From positions 2,162 through 66,161 of the forward strand of contig VGOO01000001.1 of NCBI GenBank assembly GCA_016875925.1: a stretch of 64,000 nt of DNA. The letters are read 5' to 3'. Numbering within the stretch: position 1 is the first letter of the stretch; every line of letters starts with the position of its first letter. This document shows positions 1 through 11,260 of this stretch, piece after piece. Both the position numbers and the translations under genes were made by a program. Origin of the DNA: Chloroflexota bacterium (lineage in GTDB: Bacteria; Chloroflexota; Dehalococcoidia; GIF9; UBA5629). The notes under the pieces were generated by a model that was not told the origin of the DNA, did not search any database, and saw nothing but the letters and a program-made list of their open reading frames with translations.

Positions 1-1
1 A

Positions 2-310
2 GGCCAAAATGAGCTTAAAAAGGCCCAGGAAATGGCCAAGGGACGGCTGCTCATAGGTCTGGAGAATAGTCGCAATGTCGCCGCCTGGTTTGGAGCACAG
101 GCAATACTCACCAATCAGATATTGACCGCCGATGATGTCATAGAGATAATCGAGGCTACGACTTTGGATGACTTAAAGCGAGTAGCCAACCAAGTTTTGG
201 TACAAGAAAAGTTAAACCTGGCAATTGTGGGGCCTGTTGAAAAACAAGAACCAATAGCCAGCTTGCTCAAGCTCTATAACCGATTTGCCAAAAGGGAGAG
301 CCGCCCGTGA
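2..310 (+). CDS. C-terminal fragment of an M16 (pitrilysin/insulinase family) zinc peptidase; the 5' end is outside the window
   Basis: Reading frame is open to the window edge. Tail GRLLIGLENSRNVAAWFG...LNLAIVGPV resembles the conserved C-terminal end of M16 peptidases. Confidence 0.65.
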   Translation, partial: GQNELKKAQEMAKGRLLIGLENSRNVAAWFGAQAILTNQILTADDVIEIIEATTLDDLKRVANQVLVQEKLNLAIVGPVEKQEPIASLLKLYNRFAKRESRP

Positions 311-320
311 GGCGGCTCTC
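296..320. terminator. GC-rich hairpin between convergent genes (peptidase + / groEL -), likely a bidirectional terminator
   Basis: GAGAGCCGCC-cgtga-GGCGGCTCTC is a perfect 10-bp stem. It overlaps the peptidase stop codon and lies about 27 nt past the groEL stop. Confidence 0.6.
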
Positions 321-346
321 TTCAATACCGATTTATCAGTGTCTAA

Positions 347-1975
<1,629 letters not shown>

Positions 1976-2008
1976 TTATGCAATCCTTAATCAGACTTAT
2001 TCTCACCA

Positions 2009-2302
2009 CTAGCCTTTCTTGGCCAGTATATCGCTTTCCCTGAGGATAATCAGCTCCTCATCGTCCTCTTTGATCTCGGCGCCGCCATACTTGGCATAGA
2101 TCACCACATCACCCACTTTGACATCCATGGCTATACGCTTGCCATCTTCTGTCAGCTTACCTGGCCCCACAGCAAGCACTTTGCCCTCCTGGGGCTTTTC
2201 CTTAGCCGTATCCGGCAGGACGATACCGCCCTTGGTGACCTCCTCTTTGGGTATAGGCTTAACTACCACTCGATCACCCAAAGGTTGAAGTTTAGTCGCC
2301 AT
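2009..2302 (-). CDS. groS: Co-chaperonin GroES (Cpn10)
   Basis: 97 aa. [12 protein letters not shown]...[23 protein letters not shown] is a typical Cpn10 sequence. Confidence 0.97.
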   Translation of the reverse strand: MATKLQPLGDRVVVKPIPKEEVTKGGIVLPDTAKEKPQEGKVLAVGPGKLTEDGKRIAMDVKVGDVVIYAKYGGAEIKEDDEELIILRESDILAKKG

Positions 2303-2335
2303 CTAACACCTCCTGTATCTGATTTATATTTAATT

Positions 2336-2362
2336 TTAGCAGTCTCGGGTAGAGACTGCTAA
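2336..2362 (-). promoter_or_regulatory. CIRCE-type (HrcA operator) inverted repeat upstream of groES-groEL
   Basis: TTAGCAGTC-N9-GACTGCTAA is a perfect 9-bp inverted repeat with the 9-nt spacer of the CIRCE consensus TTAGCACTC-N9-GAGTGCTAA. It lies between the predicted promoter and the groES start. Confidence 0.85.
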
Positions 2363-2364
2363 TT

Positions 2365-2393
2365 ATATTAACACAAAGAAATATACTTGTAAA
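2365..2393 (-). promoter_or_regulatory. Sigma-70-type promoter of groES-groEL
   Basis: Minus strand reads TTTACA-N17-TAATAT, immediately upstream of the CIRCE element. Confidence 0.6.
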
Positions 2394-2436
2394 GACCTGG
2401 AGCGCTAAGTTAAGGATATCACCGGGCAAAAGTGGG

Positions 2437-2745
2437 CTACATATCGTAACCTGCTTTCTTGTAATCTTCTCTTGCCCTTTCATCCAAACCTGCTTTGTCC
2501 GCTGTCTCGGCGGCGTGGCTCCACATCCCCTCTTGCTCATAATCTCGTATCTTAGATTCAATCTTTGCCGCCTCTTCCGGCGTCTCCGCCACGCAGGCGC
2601 GAAATGGGGAAGGTACCCTTCTAACAAGCCCGCGACACTTAGGACATCTGTCGAGAGGGTCTTCGCCTATCTTCTGCAGAACCTCAAAGCCCCGCCGACA
2701 ATAACCACAGCCATCGCTGATAGCGTTATATTCATAAATAGGCAT
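2437..2745 (-). CDS. FmdB-family zinc-ribbon protein (CxxC_CxxC_SSSS putative regulatory protein)
   Basis: MPIYEYNAISDGCGYC...CPKCRG: the N-terminal MPxYEY motif plus two CxxC pairs is the family hallmark. Confidence 0.8.
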   Translation of the reverse strand: MPIYEYNAISDGCGYCRRGFEVLQKIGEDPLDRCPKCRGLVRRVPSPFRACVAETPEEAAKIESKIRDYEQEGMWSHAAETADKAGLDERAREDYKKAGYDM

Positions 2746-2907
2746 CTAGCTCACCTCTGTAGCACTTTTAAAGTCCCTTAATTTTGCCATTACAGGAAGA
2801 GATATGTCCACACAGACATTAGCCCGCGTATTCTTTGATAATAGCATTTCAAGCCTGCTGAAACCATCACTTTCGTAGAATCTCAACCAAACCCCCGTAG
2901 CGCTTTC

Positions 2908-2936
2908 TTGATTATTTACACTATACCGTGTATAAT
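2908..2936 (+). promoter_or_regulatory. Sigma-70-type promoter for the XRE regulator gene
   Basis: TTGATT-N17-TATAAT. The ATG at 2948 is only 11 nt past the -10, so the leader is very short or absent. Confidence 0.5.
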
Positions 2937-2947
2937 CTAATATAGAG

Positions 2948-3172
2948 ATGGTTAAGCAGAGCAAGCAGACGAAATGGGATAAACAACGCATCCGGGCACT
3001 GCGAAAACACCTCGGGCTAACACAATCCAAGCTGGCCGAGGAATTGGGCACCCGCCAGCAGACAATAAGCGAATGGGAGACCGGCATGTACCAGCCGCGT
3101 GGCGCATCAGCCAAGCTACTCACTATCGTCGCCGAACGCTGTAGCTTCAGCTACAAATCGAAAAATGAGTGA
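2948..3172 (+). CDS. XRE-family helix-turn-helix transcriptional regulator
   Basis: 74 aa. LRKHLGLTQSKLAEELGTRQQTISEWETG is a canonical HTH_3/Cro-C1 motif. Confidence 0.8.
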   Translation: MVKQSKQTKWDKQRIRALRKHLGLTQSKLAEELGTRQQTISEWETGMYQPRGASAKLLTIVAERCSFSYKSKNE

Positions 3173-3306
3173 GTTGCGTCAAGCCAGAGCACCAGCGTTC
3201 ACAAGATACACAGACATCCAAGGTTATGGAGAAAAACGTATCGGACACTCGAGGTGATTGGATGTTTTTATTTTGCCAATTGCTACACGCAAACGTGTAA
3301 AGTAAT

Positions 3307-4632
3307 ATGAAATCCACTGTCTCAGAGAACCTCGTAGCACATATCTGGCAGAGCAACCGTGTCACCCGGTTCGTGGCTGACTCCGGCGAAAACGTACAGG
3401 TAATACACCCGGGCAGGTTCAGCCACGGGGTAGGTGGTGACTTCCAGGACGCCGTACTGCTCATAAACGGGCAAAAAGTTCACGGCAGCATCGAGATTCA
3501 CGTCACGAACAAGCAGTGGTATAGCCACAGACATCACCACGACTCCAGATACAATAGCACAGTCCTTCACGTTGTATATCGGCGGGACAGTCCAGCTCCC
3601 ACCACACTCCAAAATGGGAGGGCCATCCCCACCATAAGCTTGAGTCCGGCTACCAGACAATACCTGGATATTCTAAATGAGCAACCGAATGCCCGTTTGC
3701 AAGGCTCACCACCATGTCCGCACATAACAAGGCTATCAGCAGAACACCTAACGGAGCTACTGACTGCTGCCGGAAAACAGAGATTTGTTGACAAAGCTGG
3801 TTCTTTCCTGAGTGCCCTGACGAGAAAAAAACCAGACCAGGTGCTCTTCGAAGGCCTGGCCAGAGCTCTGGGTTATAGCCAGAACAGTGAGGCTTTCCTA
3901 AGTTTAGCTAACAAAATGACACTCGATTCCATTCTGCAGCTACAACCACCGAAAGAGAAAAGGCAACAAGCACTCATCCTGGGGGCCGCCGGTCTGTTAC
4001 CTTGCCAGCGGGCCAGGTCAAAACAAAAGCCAGTTGCAAACTCAGAGGCTGAAGAGCTGGAAGAGCACTGGCGCACACTCGGACTGCCAAATGTCATGAG
4101 TGAAACAGACTGGTGTTTTTTCAGGGTGCGCCCTGACAATTTCCCCACCCGGCGACTTATTGCCTTGAGTTGCCTCATCAGCAAATATCACAAGCATGGC
4201 CTGTTGCAGGGCATTCTGAAGCTAATAACAGAACCCACAGAAGAAATCGCATATCGCCGGCTAATAGACCGCCTTACCACCCCAGCACAAGGCTATTGGG
4301 CCAACCATTACGACTTCGGCGCAGCCTGTCCAAGAAGTGCTGCGCTCATTGGACACGACAAGGCTATTGAGATGGCCGTCAATATCGTACTGCCTTTCGC
4401 CTCTGCCTGGAGCAGAATATCCCAGGACCCCAAGCTGGAATACAAAGCCGTCAAAACCTACCACCGCCTTCCAAAACCAGCAGATAACGAACTGACCCAC
4501 TACATGAGACAGCAGCTACTAATTGCTCCCTGTGCACGCCTGACAGCCTGTAGCCAACAGGGGCTGCTACACATCTTCAAAAATTATTGTCGCTTCCGAG
4601 ATTGTGCCGCCTGTCCCATAAGCGCTAACTGA
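3307..4632 (+). CDS. DUF2851-family protein, function unknown
   Basis: 441 aa. The N-terminus (ENLVAHIWQ...[35 protein letters not shown]...WYSHRHH) matches my recollection of the DUF2851 signature. C-terminal CxxC...C..C motif. Confidence 0.6.
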   Translation: MKSTVSENLVAHIWQSNRVTRFVADSGENVQVIHPGRFSHGVGGDFQDAVLLINGQKVHGSIEIHVTNKQWYSHRHHHDSRYNSTVLHVVYRRDSPAPTTLQNGRAIPTISLSPATRQYLDILNEQPNARLQGSPPCPHITRLSAEHLTELLTAAGKQRFVDKAGSFLSALTRKKPDQVLFEGLARALGYSQNSEAFLSLANKMTLDSILQLQPPKEKRQQALILGAAGLLPCQRARSKQKPVANSEAEELEEHWRTLGLPNVMSETDWCFFRVRPDNFPTRRLIALSCLISKYHKHGLLQGILKLITEPTEEIAYRRLIDRLTTPAQGYWANHYDFGAACPRSAALIGHDKAIEMAVNIVLPFASAWSRISQDPKLEYKAVKTYHRLPKPADNELTHYMRQQLLIAPCARLTACSQQGLLHIFKNYCRFRDCAACPISAN

Positions 4633-5611
4633 TAATCAGGCCGGGTACCACATCCAAACTATAATCGTCCACCACGCCAGCCTGGAAACGATAATAGGCA
4701 CAGGCAGCAATCATCGCCGCATTGTCAGTACATAAGCCAGGCCGAGGTATGTGAAAGGGAAGTGAACAATGGCTGGCGAAATAGCTACCCAAAGCCCTAT
4801 TAGCAGCTACGCCACCAGAGAGCAGAATCTGCCTGACGCCTAACCGCTTAGCAGTAGCTATTGCCTTGGTGGCCAGAACTTCGATGATGGCTTGCTGAAA
4901 GCTAGCCGCAGCTTCAGCCACCCATGCAGCATCAAGAGAACCGCGCTTCTGCACCAGATGGAGCAAAGCGGTTTTCAAGCCGCTGAAACTGAAATCATCA
5001 CTGCCTCTAAGCCAAGCTCTGGGCAAGGACAAAGAAGGCACTGCATCCTTGGCCGCGGCTTCGATAGCTGGACCACCGGGATAGCCTAATCCCAATATCC
5101 TAGCCCCCTTATCAAAAGCCTCTCCAGCAGCATCATCGCGGGTTCGTCCTACCCTTTGATATTTCCCATGCTCACTCATCAGCACCAGGTCGCTATGCCC
5201 CCCCGAGACAATTAGACATAGGCAAGGGAAAAAAGGCTGGTTACCCTCCAGCCAGTTGGCATAGATATGCGCCTCGAGATGGTTTATGCCAATAAGCGGC
5301 AATCCCTGTGCCAAGGCACTAGCTTTAGCCACATTCACACCCACCAATAAAGAACCAGATAGCCCAGGCCCAAAGGTAGTGGCAATAGCGTCTACATCTT
5401 GCCAACTCACCTTCGCCTGGAACATAGCATGTTTCAAGACCGGCAAAATAGTCAGCATGTGCTGCCTTGAAGCCACCTCGGGAACGATGCCACCATATCT
5501 GGCATGGATATCAACCTGAGAAGCTACCACATTTGACAGGATTTTGGTGCCATCTTCAACCACAGCCACCGCAGTCTCGTCACAAGAGGTCTCGATGCCC
5601 AGAATTCTCAT
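4625..5611 (-). CDS. tsaD: tRNA N6-adenosine threonylcarbamoyltransferase TsaD
   Basis: [18 protein letters not shown]... is the TsaD/Kae1 N-terminus. I place the start at the ATG at 5611; the ORF-track start at 5710 is a TTG adding 33 non-conserved residues. Confidence 0.93.
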   Translation of the reverse strand: MRILGIETSCDETAVAVVEDGTKILSNVVASQVDIHARYGGIVPEVASRQHMLTILPVLKHAMFQAKVSWQDVDAIATTFGPGLSGSLLVGVNVAKASALAQGLPLIGINHLEAHIYANWLEGNQPFFPCLCLIVSGGHSDLVLMSEHGKYQRVGRTRDDAAGEAFDKGARILGLGYPGGPAIEAAAKDAVPSLSLPRAWLRGSDDFSFSGLKTALLHLVQKRGSLDAAWVAEAAASFQQAIIEVLATKAIATAKRLGVRQILLSGGVAANRALGSYFASHCSLPFHIPRPGLCTDNAAMIAACAYYRFQAGVVDDYSLDVVPGLIIS

Positions 5612-5618
5612 GTGTCGG

Positions 5619-5624
5619 ATTATA
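5619..5624 (-). promoter_or_regulatory. Extended -10 element (TGtTATAAT) positioned for a leaderless tsaD mRNA
   Basis: Minus strand reads cttgTGTTATAATccgacacATG, with exactly 7 nt between the -10 hexamer and the ATG. Confidence 0.45.
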
Positions 5625-5693
5625 ACACAAGCCTTTTGAAATTCGCTTTGCAGCAGAGAGATGTTATAATTTAGGGAAGAAAAACAGCTTCGG

Positions 5694-5722
5694 TTGATAG
5701 CTAGAAGCAAGCCATGTACAAT
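5694..5722 (+). promoter_or_regulatory. Sigma-70-type promoter of pdxS-pdxT
   Basis: TTGATA-N17-TACAAT, 22 nt upstream of the pdxS ATG, with an AAAGG SD in between. Confidence 0.5.
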
Positions 5723-5744
5723 ATATTAAAAGGTCATTAGTTAC

Positions 5745-6638
5745 ATGAAAGACAAAGCCGATACCGGTACCTGGAAGGTCAAATCAGGGTTAGCCCAGAT
5801 GCTCAAAGGCGGGGTAATCATGGATGTGGTTACTCCAGAGCACGCTAAGATCGCCGAAGATGCCGGCGCCTGTGCCGTCATGGCGCTGGAGCGCGTGCCT
5901 GCCGACATCAGGGCTGCCGGTGGCGTGGCTCGCATGGCAGACCCAACCATAATCACCGCCATAATGAAAGCAGTCAGCATCCCAGTCATGGCAAAATGCC
6001 GGATTGGTCATTTTGTCGAGGCCCAGGTACTGGAAGCCCTCGGCGTGGACTTCATCGATGAGTCCGAGGTGTTGACACCGGCAGACGAAAGCCACCACAT
6101 CTGGAAGCACGACTTCAAGGTTCCCTTCGTTTGCGGTTGTCGCGACTTGGGCGAAGCCCTGCGCCGCATTGCTGAGGGCGCTGCCATGATCCGTACCAAG
6201 GGGGAGGCCGGCACTGGCAACATCGTAGAAGCCGTGAGACACATGAGAGCTGTCCAGGATGGCATACGCAAAATCCAGGGCATGCCCTTAGACGAGCTGA
6301 CAACCGAATCTAAAAACCTGGGTGCCCCGCTCGAGTTAGTGTTGGAAATACACAAGACAGGGAAATTGCCCGTGGTAAACTTCGCCGCCGGCGGCGTGGC
6401 CACCCCTGCGGATGCTGCATTAATGATGCAACTAGGCGCTGATGGCGTCTTCGTAGGTTCGGGCATCTTCAAATCCAGCGACCCGGCATCCAGAGCTAAG
6501 GCCGTAGTAAAAGCAACCACGCACTGTCAGGACGCGGCAATCATCGCTGAAGTTTCCAAAGGCTTAGGTGCTGCAATGCCTGGGCTGGACATAAAGACTA
6601 TCCCGCCAGAGGAGCTGCTGGCCAGTAGAGGCTGGTAG
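5745..6638 (+). CDS. pdxS: Pyridoxal 5'-phosphate synthase, lyase subunit PdxS
   Basis: 297 aa. [15 protein letters not shown]...[12 protein letters not shown]...FVCG are highly conserved PdxS/SNZ motifs. Confidence 0.97.
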   Translation: MKDKADTGTWKVKSGLAQMLKGGVIMDVVTPEHAKIAEDAGACAVMALERVPADIRAAGGVARMADPTIITAIMKAVSIPVMAKCRIGHFVEAQVLEALGVDFIDESEVLTPADESHHIWKHDFKVPFVCGCRDLGEALRRIAEGAAMIRTKGEAGTGNIVEAVRHMRAVQDGIRKIQGMPLDELTTESKNLGAPLELVLEIHKTGKLPVVNFAAGGVATPADAALMMQLGADGVFVGSGIFKSSDPASRAKAVVKATTHCQDAAIIAEVSKGLGAAMPGLDIKTIPPEELLASRGW

Positions 6639-6639
6639 A

Positions 6640-7236
6640 GTGAAGATCGGTGTCCTGGCTCTCCAAGGAGCTGTGACAGAACACATACAAATGCTTTGTG
6701 CGCTGGGGGCCGAAGCCATCCCCGTCCGCTTGCCTTCCCAACTTGATTCCCTCGACGGTCTCGTCATCCCAGGCGGCGAAAGCACTACTATCAGCAAGCT
6801 CCTGCATGAACACAATTTGATAGAGCCATTGCACCTGCTAGCCGCTAAAGGCTTCCCCCTGTTCGGCACCTGCGCCGGCATGATACTTCTTGCCAACAAA
6901 GCAAGCGATTTGCAGTGGCAACCAATCGGCGCTATCGATATCGAGGTTCAACGCAACGCCTTCGGCCGCCAGGTTGACAGCTTTGAAGCCGACCTTGAAA
7001 TCCCAGCCCTGGGAGATAAACCCTTCCGCGGCATCTTCATCCGCGCACCAGTAATAGGTCGGGTAAATCCCGGGGTTGACATCTTATGTCGATTAAACTG
7101 CAACATTGTTGCCGCCAGGCAAGGAAAGACCATTGCCTGCGCTTTTCATCCCGAATTAACTGACGATTCCAGATTCCATAAATATTTCCTCGACCTAGTC
7201 ACAGGAGAAGCTATTGCCCAAGGTAGTAGCCGATGA
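6640..7236 (+). CDS. pdxT: Pyridoxal 5'-phosphate synthase, glutaminase subunit PdxT
   Basis: GTG start 1 nt after the pdxS stop. KIGVLALQGAV.EH..., GTCAGMILL (catalytic Cys) and FHPEL. Confidence 0.95.
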   Translation: MKIGVLALQGAVTEHIQMLCALGAEAIPVRLPSQLDSLDGLVIPGGESTTISKLLHEHNLIEPLHLLAAKGFPLFGTCAGMILLANKASDLQWQPIGAIDIEVQRNAFGRQVDSFEADLEIPALGDKPFRGIFIRAPVIGRVNPGVDILCRLNCNIVAARQGKTIACAFHPELTDDSRFHKYFLDLVTGEAIAQGSSR

Positions 7237-8710
7237 TTTAGACGCCCTGCTCCACGTCCTGCCACCGCGCATCCATCACGCGCTGGCTCAACAAACCGAC
7301 AACGGCGAGCTACTGGAAATCGTCCTGGACCTGGGACGCCTTCCCGAAGCACGATACCCCCAACGCGAAATAGTCCTCGGCAGCGAAGAGGTTGCCCAGG
7401 CAGATATCGAATACGTGGTCTCCCGCATTAGCAGTTTCAGCGGCGACAACCGTGCTGGCATCGAGCGCACTTTACACCGGATATCCGCCATACGGAACCG
7501 TAGCGGTCGTGTCATCGGCCTGACCTGCCGCGTGGGCAGAGCCGTATTTGGCACAGTGAAAATAATTCAGGATCTGGTCGAGTCCGGAAAGAGCGTTTTG
7601 CTTCTGGGGCGGCCAGGGGTAGGTAAAACCACCATGCTGCGGGAAGTGGCACGGGTTTTAGCTGATGACCTAAAAAAACGGGTGATAGTGGTAGACACCT
7701 CCAACGAGATCGCCGGTGACGGCGATATACCACATCCCGCCATTGGGCATGCACGCAGAATGCAGGTGCCCACCCCTACTATGCAACACGCAGTCATGAT
7801 CGAGGCAGTAGAAAATCACATGCCAGAGGTCATCATCGTGGACGAAATAGGTACCACCCTCGAGGCCGAAGCCGCTCGCACCATCGCCGAACGCGGTGTA
7901 CAGCTTGTAGGCACCGCCCACGGCAATAACCTGGAAAACCTGGTGATAAACCCCACACTATCAGACCTTATAGGCGGTATACAGTCGGTAACGCTGGGAG
8001 ACGAAGAGGCGCGGCGCCGCCGCACCCAGAAATCCATCCTGGAACGCAAGGCGCCGCCGACATTTCACATAGTGGTCGAAATACAGGAGCGGGACAGGGT
8101 GGTGATTCACCCCGACGTGGCTGAAGCCGTGGACGCCATTCTCCACGGTAACCCCCAGAAAAGCGAGATACGATGGCTAGACCCGGATGGCGAAATCAAG
8201 AAAGGCGAGTTGGTGGCTTCCCATGTCATCAACAGGCATAACCTGGAGCCACGACGGGAAACGCAGCATATCTATCTCTTCGGCGTCAACCGCGCTAAGA
8301 TGGAGGACGCCGCCAGGGAAAGACACGTTCACCTGGACTTCACCATCGACCTCAAGAAGGCAACCGTACTCCTGACCACCAAGAATTACTACCATCGCAA
8401 ACCACAGAAGATAAGGGACGCAGAGGCAGCAGGCATTCCCATTTATGCACTCAAGAGCAACAACCCGCTTCAGCTAAAGCAATGCCTCGACACCATGTTT
8501 GGGCCACACAAAGATGCCACATTTAGCTCAGCTATGGACGAGGCAGAACAGGCAGTAACCCAGATAATAGAGGGAAAAAGCTCCGTAGAGCTGAGCCCGC
8601 AGAATGCCTACATCCGACGCTTGCAGCATATGCTGGCTGAACGGCACAACCTGTTCTCACACAGCTCGGGCAAAGAGCCGCAGAGAAGAGTCAGGATTCT
8701 CAAGGGCTGA
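7214..8710 (+). CDS. AAA+ ATPase with C-terminal R3H-like nucleic-acid-binding region (SpoIIIAA/Ycf45-like)
   Basis: 498 aa. Walker A GRPGVGKTTMLRE and Walker B VIIVDEIG. The overall layout resembles Ycf45/SpoIIIAA-type ATPases. TTG start overlaps the pdxT end by 23 nt. Confidence 0.7.
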   Translation: MPKVVADDLDALLHVLPPRIHHALAQQTDNGELLEIVLDLGRLPEARYPQREIVLGSEEVAQADIEYVVSRISSFSGDNRAGIERTLHRISAIRNRSGRVIGLTCRVGRAVFGTVKIIQDLVESGKSVLLLGRPGVGKTTMLREVARVLADDLKKRVIVVDTSNEIAGDGDIPHPAIGHARRMQVPTPTMQHAVMIEAVENHMPEVIIVDEIGTTLEAEAARTIAERGVQLVGTAHGNNLENLVINPTLSDLIGGIQSVTLGDEEARRRRTQKSILERKAPPTFHIVVEIQERDRVVIHPDVAEAVDAILHGNPQKSEIRWLDPDGEIKKGELVASHVINRHNLEPRRETQHIYLFGVNRAKMEDAARERHVHLDFTIDLKKATVLLTTKNYYHRKPQKIRDAEAAGIPIYALKSNNPLQLKQCLDTMFGPHKDATFSSAMDEAEQAVTQIIEGKSSVELSPQNAYIRRLQHMLAERHNLFSHSSGKEPQRRVRILKG

Positions 8711-8754
8711 GCATATAATCAACTTCATCTTGGGAGCATTTCGGAGAGACGATT

Positions 8755-9405
8755 TTGGCTTTGTTCATCACTTTCGAAGGTGGCGAGGGCTGTGGCAAGA
8801 GCACACAGGCTAAAGCCCTGTGGAGAAAGCTCGTTCGCCTGGGCATCCCGGCAGAGTTAACCCACGAGCCCGGCGGCACCGCACTGGGCAAAGAGCTGCG
8901 ATACTTGCTAAAAAGAAAACGCCAAGACCGCCTTTCACCAGAGGCTGAGGTGCTGCTCTTCGCCGCCTCGCGTGTCCAATTGGTCAACGAGGTTATTCGG
9001 CCCAGTTTGCAGGAAGGCAAAGTGGTTATCTGCGACCGCTTCGCCGACTCCACAGCCGTGTACCAGGGCTATGGGCGGGGCATTGATTTAGCCACTATCA
9101 AAGCTATCAACGATATGGCCACTGCCGGCATCAAGCCGCACCTGACCATACTGCTGGACATGCCCGCAGACAAAGGCCTGTCTCGCAAGAACGCCAGGAA
9201 CCATGACCGCTTCGAGGCTGAAGACATTACCTTCCATCACAGAGTCAGGGAAGGTTATCGCCAGATGGCAGCCCAGGAGCCGGCACGCTGGATGGTAATA
9301 GATGCCACCCTGCCCAGGAACCAGCTCAAGACCATTATCTGGAATAAAGTGAACCAGCTTTTGCAGGCAATGCAGGCATATTCAGGTAAGACTGTCCCAA
9401 AATAG
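8755..9405 (+). CDS. tmk: Thymidylate kinase
   Basis: LFITFEGGEGCGKSTQ P-loop and DRF..S..AYQG motifs. Confidence 0.93.
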   Translation: MALFITFEGGEGCGKSTQAKALWRKLVRLGIPAELTHEPGGTALGKELRYLLKRKRQDRLSPEAEVLLFAASRVQLVNEVIRPSLQEGKVVICDRFADSTAVYQGYGRGIDLATIKAINDMATAGIKPHLTILLDMPADKGLSRKNARNHDRFEAEDITFHHRVREGYRQMAAQEPARWMVIDATLPRNQLKTIIWNKVNQLLQAMQAYSGKTVPK

Positions 9406-9419
9406 CATGAATTGTGTAG

Positions 9420-9533
9420 GGGCGGGTTTGAAAACCCGCCCGCCTGTCTTGCGGGCGCACCTGAAGGTACGCCCATACATGTTTTCTGGGTGTCACCTGC
9501 CCACAGGTCCTTCATGGGAAGGACAGGTGACCC
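9420..9533. repeat. Cluster of GC-rich stem-loops (REP-like / terminator-like) in the tmk-mnmA spacer
   Basis: Hairpin 1: GGGCGGGT-ttgaaa-ACCCGCCC (9420-9441). Alternative stem: GCCCGC/GCGGGC (9438-9456). Hairpin 2: GGGCG...CGCCC (9453-9474). Hairpin 3 is a nested 7+7 bp stem, GTCACCT..GTCCTTC-atgg-GAAGGAC-AGGTGAC (9488-9533), followed by TTTCCCGGATTTTT. Confidence 0.7.
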
Positions 9534-9552
9534 TTTCCCGGATTTTTATGCC

Positions 9553-10638
9553 ATGCCCAAGAAACGCATAGTCGTAGCCCTCAGCGGCGGTGTTGACTCC
9601 TCCATGGCAGCCCTGATGCTTCAGGAAGCTGGACATGAAGTCGTCGGCGTCACCATGCGGCTATGGACCACAAATGAAGCCACTTCGTCTGGCAAAAGCC
9701 AATTTGCCAATCCTGACCGGAACATCAGCGATGCCGAACAAACATGCCACATACTGGGCATACCCTTCCACGTCCTCGACCTGGAACAGGAATTCAAGGA
9801 GCATGTTATCCAGTATCTAATCAGGGAATATGCTCAGGGACACACACCCAATCCCTGTATCTCCTGCAACCAGCACATTAAGTTCGGCTTTCTGCTGGAG
9901 CATGCCCTTGAGCTGGACGCCGACTACCTCGCTACCGGGCACTACGCCGGAGTAGAACATCATGACAACGCCTACCATCTGCTCAAAGGCATGGACCCCG
10001 ATAAAGACCAGTCCTACATGCTATACACGCTGACACAGAAAAAGCTGGCACGCATCCTCTTCCCACTGGGCAATTACAGCAAACGGCAGGTTCGAGACCT
10101 GGCCCGAAAGAAAGGCTTGCCTATCGCCGGCAAGCCCAGCAGCCAGGATATCTGTTTCGTCGCCGCTGACTACGGCACGTTTTTGAGTCAGCATATGACC
10201 ACCGAACCCGGAGACATCGTCGATGAGCAGGGAAAGGTGCTGGGCACGCATAGAGGCGCAGCCTTCTACACCATCGGCCAGAGACATGGTTTGGGGCTAT
10301 CAACCGCCAGGCCGCTCTACGTGACCAGGATAGAGCCTTCTACCAACCGTGTGGTGGTTGGCGATGAGAGCCAGCTTGGCAGCTCCAGCCTTATCACCGT
10401 AAATCTGAACTGGGTTTCGGGCAAATCGCCATCGCAGCCGCTGTCAGTCAACGCCAAAATACGCTACCGCTCGCCAGAGGCGCCAGCCACCGTTTATCCC
10501 CAGCCTGATTCGGCAAACATCGTCTTTATCCAGCCGCAACGCGCTGTCGCTCCGGGGCAGGCTGTGGTATTCTATCAGGGCAACGAGGTAATCGGCGGTG
10601 GCACAATCCAAATCGCCCAGAAATCGCACCAGGGCTGA
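9553..10638 (+). CDS. mnmA: tRNA 2-thiouridine(34) synthase MnmA
   Basis: MPKKRIVVALSGGVDSS PP-loop, PNPC..CN and the rest typical of MnmA/TrmU. Start placed at the ATG at 9553; the upstream 47 codons of the ORF-track entry translate the hairpin repeats. Confidence 0.93.
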   Translation: MPKKRIVVALSGGVDSSMAALMLQEAGHEVVGVTMRLWTTNEATSSGKSQFANPDRNISDAEQTCHILGIPFHVLDLEQEFKEHVIQYLIREYAQGHTPNPCISCNQHIKFGFLLEHALELDADYLATGHYAGVEHHDNAYHLLKGMDPDKDQSYMLYTLTQKKLARILFPLGNYSKRQVRDLARKKGLPIAGKPSSQDICFVAADYGTFLSQHMTTEPGDIVDEQGKVLGTHRGAAFYTIGQRHGLGLSTARPLYVTRIEPSTNRVVVGDESQLGSSSLITVNLNWVSGKSPSQPLSVNAKIRYRSPEAPATVYPQPDSANIVFIQPQRAVAPGQAVVFYQGNEVIGGGTIQIAQKSHQG

Positions 10639-11260
10639 CCCGCCAGGCCTGGCCGAAGAAAACAAGCTCATGCAGATGGGGTATCGCCACATTGCGGGCG
10701 TTGACGAGGTAGGGCGCGGCGCTCTGGCTGGCCCGGTTGTAGCCGCTGCCGTTATCCTGCCGCTGGATGTCGATTTCCCCTGGTTCAAACTGGTGCGCGA
10801 TAGCAAAGAAGTCCCGCCCACCAGGCGCAATCAGCTCTGCATTCTGATTCAAGAGTCTGCCATAGCCTCCGCCGTGGGCATCATCGAACCGCAGATTATA
10901 GACTCCATCGGCATTTTCAAGGCTACCAGGCTGGCCATGTGCCGGGCTATAGAACAACTCGCCTGCTCTCCCGATTTCCTGCTCATAGACGCCCTGACCT
11001 TGCCCCAACTGCGCACCAGGCAAAAAGGCATAATCAGAGGCGATAAATTGTGCCTCTCCATCGCCTGCGCTTCCATCGTTGCCAAAGTAACCCGCGACCG
11101 CATCATGGCAGAGCTGGACTCGGCTCACCCTGGCTACAGCCTGGCCAACCACAAAGGTTATGCCACCAGGCAACACTGTGCCTGCTTGCAGCAGCTTGGC
11201 CCTTCGCCCATACACCGCCACTCCTTCGCCCCGGTCAGGGAGACCCGCCGCATACTATGA
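10598..11260 (+). CDS. rnhB: Ribonuclease HII
   Basis: GYRHIAGVDEVGRGALAGPVVAAAV and DSK are RNase HII motifs. Start uncertain: GTG at 10598 overlaps mnmA by 41 nt, the alternative is ATG at 10670. Confidence 0.9.
   Translation: MAQSKSPRNRTRADPPGLAEENKLMQMGYRHIAGVDEVGRGALAGPVVAAAVILPLDVDFPWFKLVRDSKEVPPTRRNQLCILIQESAIASAVGIIEPQIIDSIGIFKATRLAMCRAIEQLACSPDFLLIDALTLPQLRTRQKGIIRGDKLCLSIACASIVAKVTRDRIMAELDSAHPGYSLANHKGYATRQHCACLQQLGPSPIHRHSFAPVRETRRIL

Noticed and set aside
9412-9552. N-terminal 47-codon extension of mnmA (MCRGGFENPPACLAGAPEG...).
   Set aside because: It translates the GC-rich hairpin repeats. The conserved MnmA N-terminus begins at the ATG at 9553.
10526-11221. 231-aa minus-strand ORF, plus the + strand ORFs 11050-11256 and 11160-11564, overlapping rnhB/yraN.
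   Set aside because: They are alternative frames of GC-rich coding DNA and are Arg/Pro/Gly/Ala-rich with no motifs. rnhB and yraN account for the region.
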